A stretch of DNA of 30,045 nt from a virus. Taxonomy: Duplodnaviria > Caudoviricetes. Location: positions 1-30,045 of IMG/VR virus record IMGVR_UViG_3300035493_000070. One strand, 5' to 3'. Position 1 is the first letter of the stretch. Each line of letters begins with the position of its first letter. Under the pieces are notes generated by a model. It searched no databases. It was not told the origin of the DNA and saw only the letters and a list, made by a program, of their open reading frames with translations. Positions 25,998-30,045 of the stretch are shown in pieces. The position numbers were made by a program, and so were the translations under genes.

Positions 25998-26999
25998 ATG
26001 TTTAAGACAACACCAAAATCTGCAATCCAGTTCGTCAAAGACGCATATGCAATCAAGAAACCAATCATGCTTTGGGGTTCACCGGGCGTTGGTAAATCTG
26101 ATTCAGTACGTGCCGCCGCCAAAGAGATGGGTATCGAAGTGATCGATATTCGTGCATCTCAAATGGACCCAGTAGACCTGCGTGGTCTGCCAGTAGTAGA
26201 TCCAAACGGTACTACTTCATGGGCCACACCTTCATTCTTCCCATCTGACGCAACAAGCCAAGGCATTTTGTTCCTGGACGAAATGAACTCAGCTCCACCA
26301 TCTGTCCAAGCCGCACTATACCAACTGACATTGGATCGCAAACTCGGCGAATACACACTACCTGACGGTTGGATCTGTATCGCTGCCGGTAACAAAGACA
26401 CAGACCGCGGTGTAACGCATCGTATGCCATCGCCTCTGGCTAACCGTTTTGCAGCACACATTGAAGTCGAAGCAAACCTTGATGAATGGATTTCATGGGC
26501 TGCACAAAACAACGTACCACCGCAAATCATCGCTTACTTGAAGTTCAAGCCGCAAAACCTGTATTCATTCGATCCACGTTCTGACGAGAAAGCGTTCGCT
26601 ACACCACGCTCATGGTCATATGCAGCGGAATGGATCAACGCACGTGGAAGCATCACCGATGCATTCAGCATGCTGCAAGCTTGTATCGGCGAAGCGCTGG
26701 CAATTGATTTGAAAGCATTCGATACAGTCTGGTCAAAACTACCAAATATCGATGACATCCTGGCCGGTAAGTCAGTGACATTCGATAGTTCAGATCCTGC
26801 GCTTTGCTATGCAGTAGCAACAGCAGTAGGCCATCGAGTAGACAAGAAAACAGTGGCGAATGCCATCACGTTCCTGGACACGATGTCACCAGAGTATGGC
26901 GTTATGGGTATCAAGTACATGATCGACCGTGACCCGACGCTTGTAGCTGAAACTGCTGTTCTCAAGTGGTCAGAAAAACACAAAAACCTATTCCGTTAA
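25998..26999 (+). CDS. MoxR-type AAA+ ATPase (start MFKTTP)
   Basis: 'GSPGVGKS', 'DLRGLP', 'LFLDEMN', 'AAGN', 'LANRF', 'TPRSW'. AAGGA RBS. Confidence 0.92.
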   Translation: MFKTTPKSAIQFVKDAYAIKKPIMLWGSPGVGKSDSVRAAAKEMGIEVIDIRASQMDPVDLRGLPVVDPNGTTSWATPSFFPSDATSQGILFLDEMNSAPPSVQAALYQLTLDRKLGEYTLPDGWICIAAGNKDTDRGVTHRMPSPLANRFAAHIEVEANLDEWISWAAQNNVPPQIIAYLKFKPQNLYSFDPRSDEKAFATPRSWSYAAEWINARGSITDAFSMLQACIGEALAIDLKAFDTVWSKLPNIDDILAGKSVTFDSSDPALCYAVATAVGHRVDKKTVANAITFLDTMSPEYGVMGIKYMIDRDPTLVAETAVLKWSEKHKNLFR

Positions 27000-27011
27000 G
27001 AGGACATAAAA

Positions 27012-28160
27012 ATGAGCAAGAAAGCACTAACACTTTTGCAAAAAGCACGTACTCAGCTGCTGCTGAATCACCCTTTCTTTGCTCAGATTGTTTTGGAGAC
27101 ACGCTATAACTTCACGGATAGCGTGCCTACCATGGCAACTGACGGACACATTATTGCGATAAATCCCAAATTTACTGAATCGCTTTCAGTTAAAGAGATC
27201 ATGGGCGTGCTGGCGCACGAGTGCATGCACATTCTAGGGATGCATCACTTGCGTATGTACGAGCGTGATCCAAAGAAATGGAACCACGCAACCGATTACG
27301 CAATCAATCTTCTACTGACAGACGATGGCTTTGAGTTGCCGCAAGGCGGACTGCTTGATACCAAATGGAAAAACATGTCATCGGAAGAGATCTACAACAA
27401 ACTACCGAAACCGAACGAGAACGATGATCCTTCATTCGGTGAGGTTAGACCAAACGGATCTCTGAGCGGTAACGAGCCACAACCTGGCGAGTCGCAAGCA
27501 GAAGCGGAAGCACGAGAAGAACAACGTGTGAAAGAAATGGCGGCTAAAGCAGCCACCGCAGCGAAAATGCAAGGCAAATTGCCGGGCCATATCGAGCGCA
27601 TGGTGAATGACTTGATTGCCACCAAGACACCGTGGCACGAGCTACTTCGCAAGTACATGACACGTCCGGCAAAGAACGATTATTCATGGTCTACACCGAA
27701 TCGTCGTTATGCGTCACGCGGTATGTACTTACCGGCCATGTCGTCGAATGACTCTATGGGTGAGGTTGTCTTAGCCATTGACACTTCCGGCTCTATTTCG
27801 AACCGCGAATTGTCAACTTTCCAAGCGCAGATTAAAGCGATCGTAGAAGATGCGAGACCAAGCGCGATTACGATTATGTATTTCGACACGAATATCAGTA
27901 GCGTAACCGAAATCACCGAACCCTCATCTACCGACATTAAGCTTGTGCCAACAGGCGGTGGCGGTACAGATTTCAGACCAATTTTCGACTGGCTAACTAA
28001 ACACGACAAACATCCAGAGGTTGTAGTTGTGTTGACTGATATGTATGCACAAACCCCAGAGTTTGAAGAATTCGACACTATCTGGGCGGCATTACCGGGC
28101 AGCGCAGAACACACACCTTTCGGAACCCGCATTGACATTGAATGGGAGGATGCGGCATGA
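27012..28160 (+). CDS. HExxH metallopeptidase plus vWA domain protein (DUF2201-like)
   Basis: 'TMATDG', 'HECMH', MIDAS 'DTSGS', 'GGGGTDF', 'LTD'. Confidence 0.9.
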   Translation: MSKKALTLLQKARTQLLLNHPFFAQIVLETRYNFTDSVPTMATDGHIIAINPKFTESLSVKEIMGVLAHECMHILGMHHLRMYERDPKKWNHATDYAINLLLTDDGFELPQGGLLDTKWKNMSSEEIYNKLPKPNENDDPSFGEVRPNGSLSGNEPQPGESQAEAEAREEQRVKEMAAKAATAAKMQGKLPGHIERMVNDLIATKTPWHELLRKYMTRPAKNDYSWSTPNRRYASRGMYLPAMSSNDSMGEVVLAIDTSGSISNRELSTFQAQIKAIVEDARPSAITIMYFDTNISSVTEITEPSSTDIKLVPTGGGGTDFRPIFDWLTKHDKHPEVVVVLTDMYAQTPEFEEFDTIWAALPGSAEHTPFGTRIDIEWEDAA

Positions 28161-28891
28161 CAGATAAGATTGAACTAAAAGGCGAAGTAATATTCACACC
28201 AGGAAGTTACACAATGACTGTACAAGGGCCGGTGAGCGGTGTGTATGTGACAGATACACAAGAGTTATTAGTCACTAACTGGGTTACCAACGGCCTTCAT
28301 TATGGCCATTTTCGCCCTTCAGCCAAGAATGAAATAAAACATTACTTCAAAGGGTATCTGTTTGCTTTCAACAGATACGGCAACCGCGAATTTATCTACT
28401 TAGTGGAACATCCTACATCGTTAATGAAATCGACCATAAAGTGTGTAGATGTCAACAAGCGTCACGGGTTGTATTTGCCTTCTAATAAAGTAATCAACGA
28501 AGAACAGAATTACATACCGGTTATCAAACGCGGATCACAAATTCTTAAAGATATGCGTAAAGACTTCCGCAACCAAGCACAAATGTTATCGATGATGACC
28601 CCTGATGCATTACGCAAAGCAATGGAAGAGAAAGCATTGACCGAGTATCAGCGATACACGTTACTGCACATGAAATTCCTTTACTCGATTGATGACACTT
28701 CAATCCGGTACGCCTTGAGAGAGTTAACCACTAACTTGCGAGCTAACGATCTGGTATCTGCAGCGAACGCAGCGGCTGAAAACTATCTCAAGGCCAACAT
28801 CCAGCAATACAGAACGCACTACATCACCATCATTAACGGAGAGGTAACTGAATATGATCAGAACTTACAACTCAGCCAAGAAGCTGCTTGA
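28157..28891 (+). CDS. Hypothetical protein (start MTDKIE)
   Basis: GGAGG RBS; ATGA coupling. Confidence 0.75.
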   Translation: MTDKIELKGEVIFTPGSYTMTVQGPVSGVYVTDTQELLVTNWVTNGLHYGHFRPSAKNEIKHYFKGYLFAFNRYGNREFIYLVEHPTSLMKSTIKCVDVNKRHGLYLPSNKVINEEQNYIPVIKRGSQILKDMRKDFRNQAQMLSMMTPDALRKAMEEKALTEYQRYTLLHMKFLYSIDDTSIRYALRELTTNLRANDLVSAANAAAENYLKANIQQYRTHYITIINGEVTEYDQNLQLSQEAA

Positions 28892-29471
28892 AAGAGGCAA
28901 AGCAAACAGCTTCACAATGGAAAACGGTTTGACACTCAGAATGCATTACGACGGGTCTATAGGAACTCCCGATACGTACATCGACAAAGACGATATAGTC
29001 CATATTAACAGGCGATACAAACATTACGCATTGGAAGTCTTTGGTGTTCCATTTAAAGCAACGACCGTTAAATTCACACAAATTTATTTCAACGGTAAGG
29101 ATCATCCACACTTCCTTTATGGGGTAACGGCAGATGGAAAAATGGCCCCGATTAAAAGCGGAACCATGATTAAAGACGGTTTTGTAATTAACCCGGAGCC
29201 AGTATACGTGATCTCTGACGCCGATCTTAAGGCGTGCAGAAAGAAAGCAACTGATACCATTCAGACCGCTTTTCCTCTGGCATCTACGATGAGCATGGAT
29301 GCGGCCATGCAACTATTGAAGCAAGACCCTAATAACTTAATCGCTTCAATGGCACGTCGACTAAGACAGGGTGAATCTCCAGCGAGAGTTAAAAAGGAAA
29401 CACGAGAGTCACTACTTAGAGACTTAACTAATAACACCCCTAAAACTCAGCTATGGGAGTATTGGGCATGA
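28854..29471 (+). CDS. Hypothetical protein
   Basis: GAGG RBS; 205 aa. Confidence 0.75.
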   Translation: MIRTYNSAKKLLERGKANSFTMENGLTLRMHYDGSIGTPDTYIDKDDIVHINRRYKHYALEVFGVPFKATTVKFTQIYFNGKDHPHFLYGVTADGKMAPIKSGTMIKDGFVINPEPVYVISDADLKACRKKATDTIQTAFPLASTMSMDAAMQLLKQDPNNLIASMARRLRQGESPARVKKETRESLLRDLTNNTPKTQLWEYWA

Positions 29472-30045
29472 ACGATTTACCTTTTGAACCATGCCTTGAT
29501 ATAAGTAAGTTTTCACGGGCCTTCCACATACAACAAAAGAATGGAGCCAGCCTAGAAAAACTACTGAACACAGGCATAATCACGCCTTATTCGGTTTTAG
29601 CTGTGGTGGCCAGAGTTTTTGATTTAAGTCTGCATACAGACTGTCTGGCAACGAGAGCAGAACACGGTGATGGATTTTTGGTTTATGCGCCGTCTTCGTA
29701 TAACGATGCTTTAAAAACAGCGATAGTACGAGAAGGAAATAAAATCAGCGTCTATAGATCATCTTATGAAGTAGACTGCATGGAGTTTTACTCCAGTATC
29801 GATTTAGACGATAAAGTATTAATGCTTAGTCGAACCGCTTCTTACGATATTCATAGAGGGGCAGCTATAGGGTTTTATCGTTACCCATACGCCAGTGTAT
29901 ACAGTTGCGGATTAATAGCAACTGAACCATCTGTACTTGAAGATTGGAGATTCATCAAGATCAAATTAACTAACTATAACGTAGAGATCCCGGTTTTGAA
30001 TGCATGCAATCAAGTCATCAAGTTTAACCGGGACATGAGCAAAGT
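29468..30045 (+). CDS. Hypothetical protein, 3' end runs off the window (MNDLPFEP...)
   Basis: GGAG RBS; ATGA coupling; frame open to the window end. Confidence 0.7.
   Translation, partial: MNDLPFEPCLDISKFSRAFHIQQKNGASLEKLLNTGIITPYSVLAVVARVFDLSLHTDCLATRAEHGDGFLVYAPSSYNDALKTAIVREGNKISVYRSSYEVDCMEFYSSIDLDDKVLMLSRTASYDIHRGAAIGFYRYPYASVYSCGLIATEPSVLEDWRFIKIKLTNYNVEIPVLNACNQVIKFNRDMSK

Overview
A 30-kb piece of a tailed dsDNA phage genome (podovirus-like; nrdB and promoter style suggest a gammaproteobacterial host). It has two divergent arms. The minus-strand arm (1-8.9 kb) carries terminase small and large subunits, a P22-type portal, scaffold, HNH endonuclease, N4-gp56-type major capsid protein, adaptor, an internal virion protein and a partial lipoprotein. 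The plus-strand arm (9.2-30 kb) carries small early ORFs, an amidoligase plus class II glutamine amidotransferase, primase-helicase, MazG-like pyrophosphatase, nrdB, thyX, family A DNA polymerase, and a MoxR ATPase plus vWA metallopeptidase. The most interesting signals are non-coding: (i) a 17-bp palindromic site (TATAMCTA-N-TAGKYATA) seen six times, over late and replication promoters and inside genes, with a candidate ribbon-helix-helix regulator; (ii) a ~150-nt structured element present twice (16.19 and 22.67 kb), each ending in a terminator; (iii) a ~400-bp TGCGAC(G) iteron-like array; (iv) 28-bp A/T-tract repeats and a cluster of C-GNA-G triloop hairpins where the arms diverge; (v) a structured ~200-nt leader before the HNH and capsid genes. 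All calls come from reading motifs by eye; no database searches were run.
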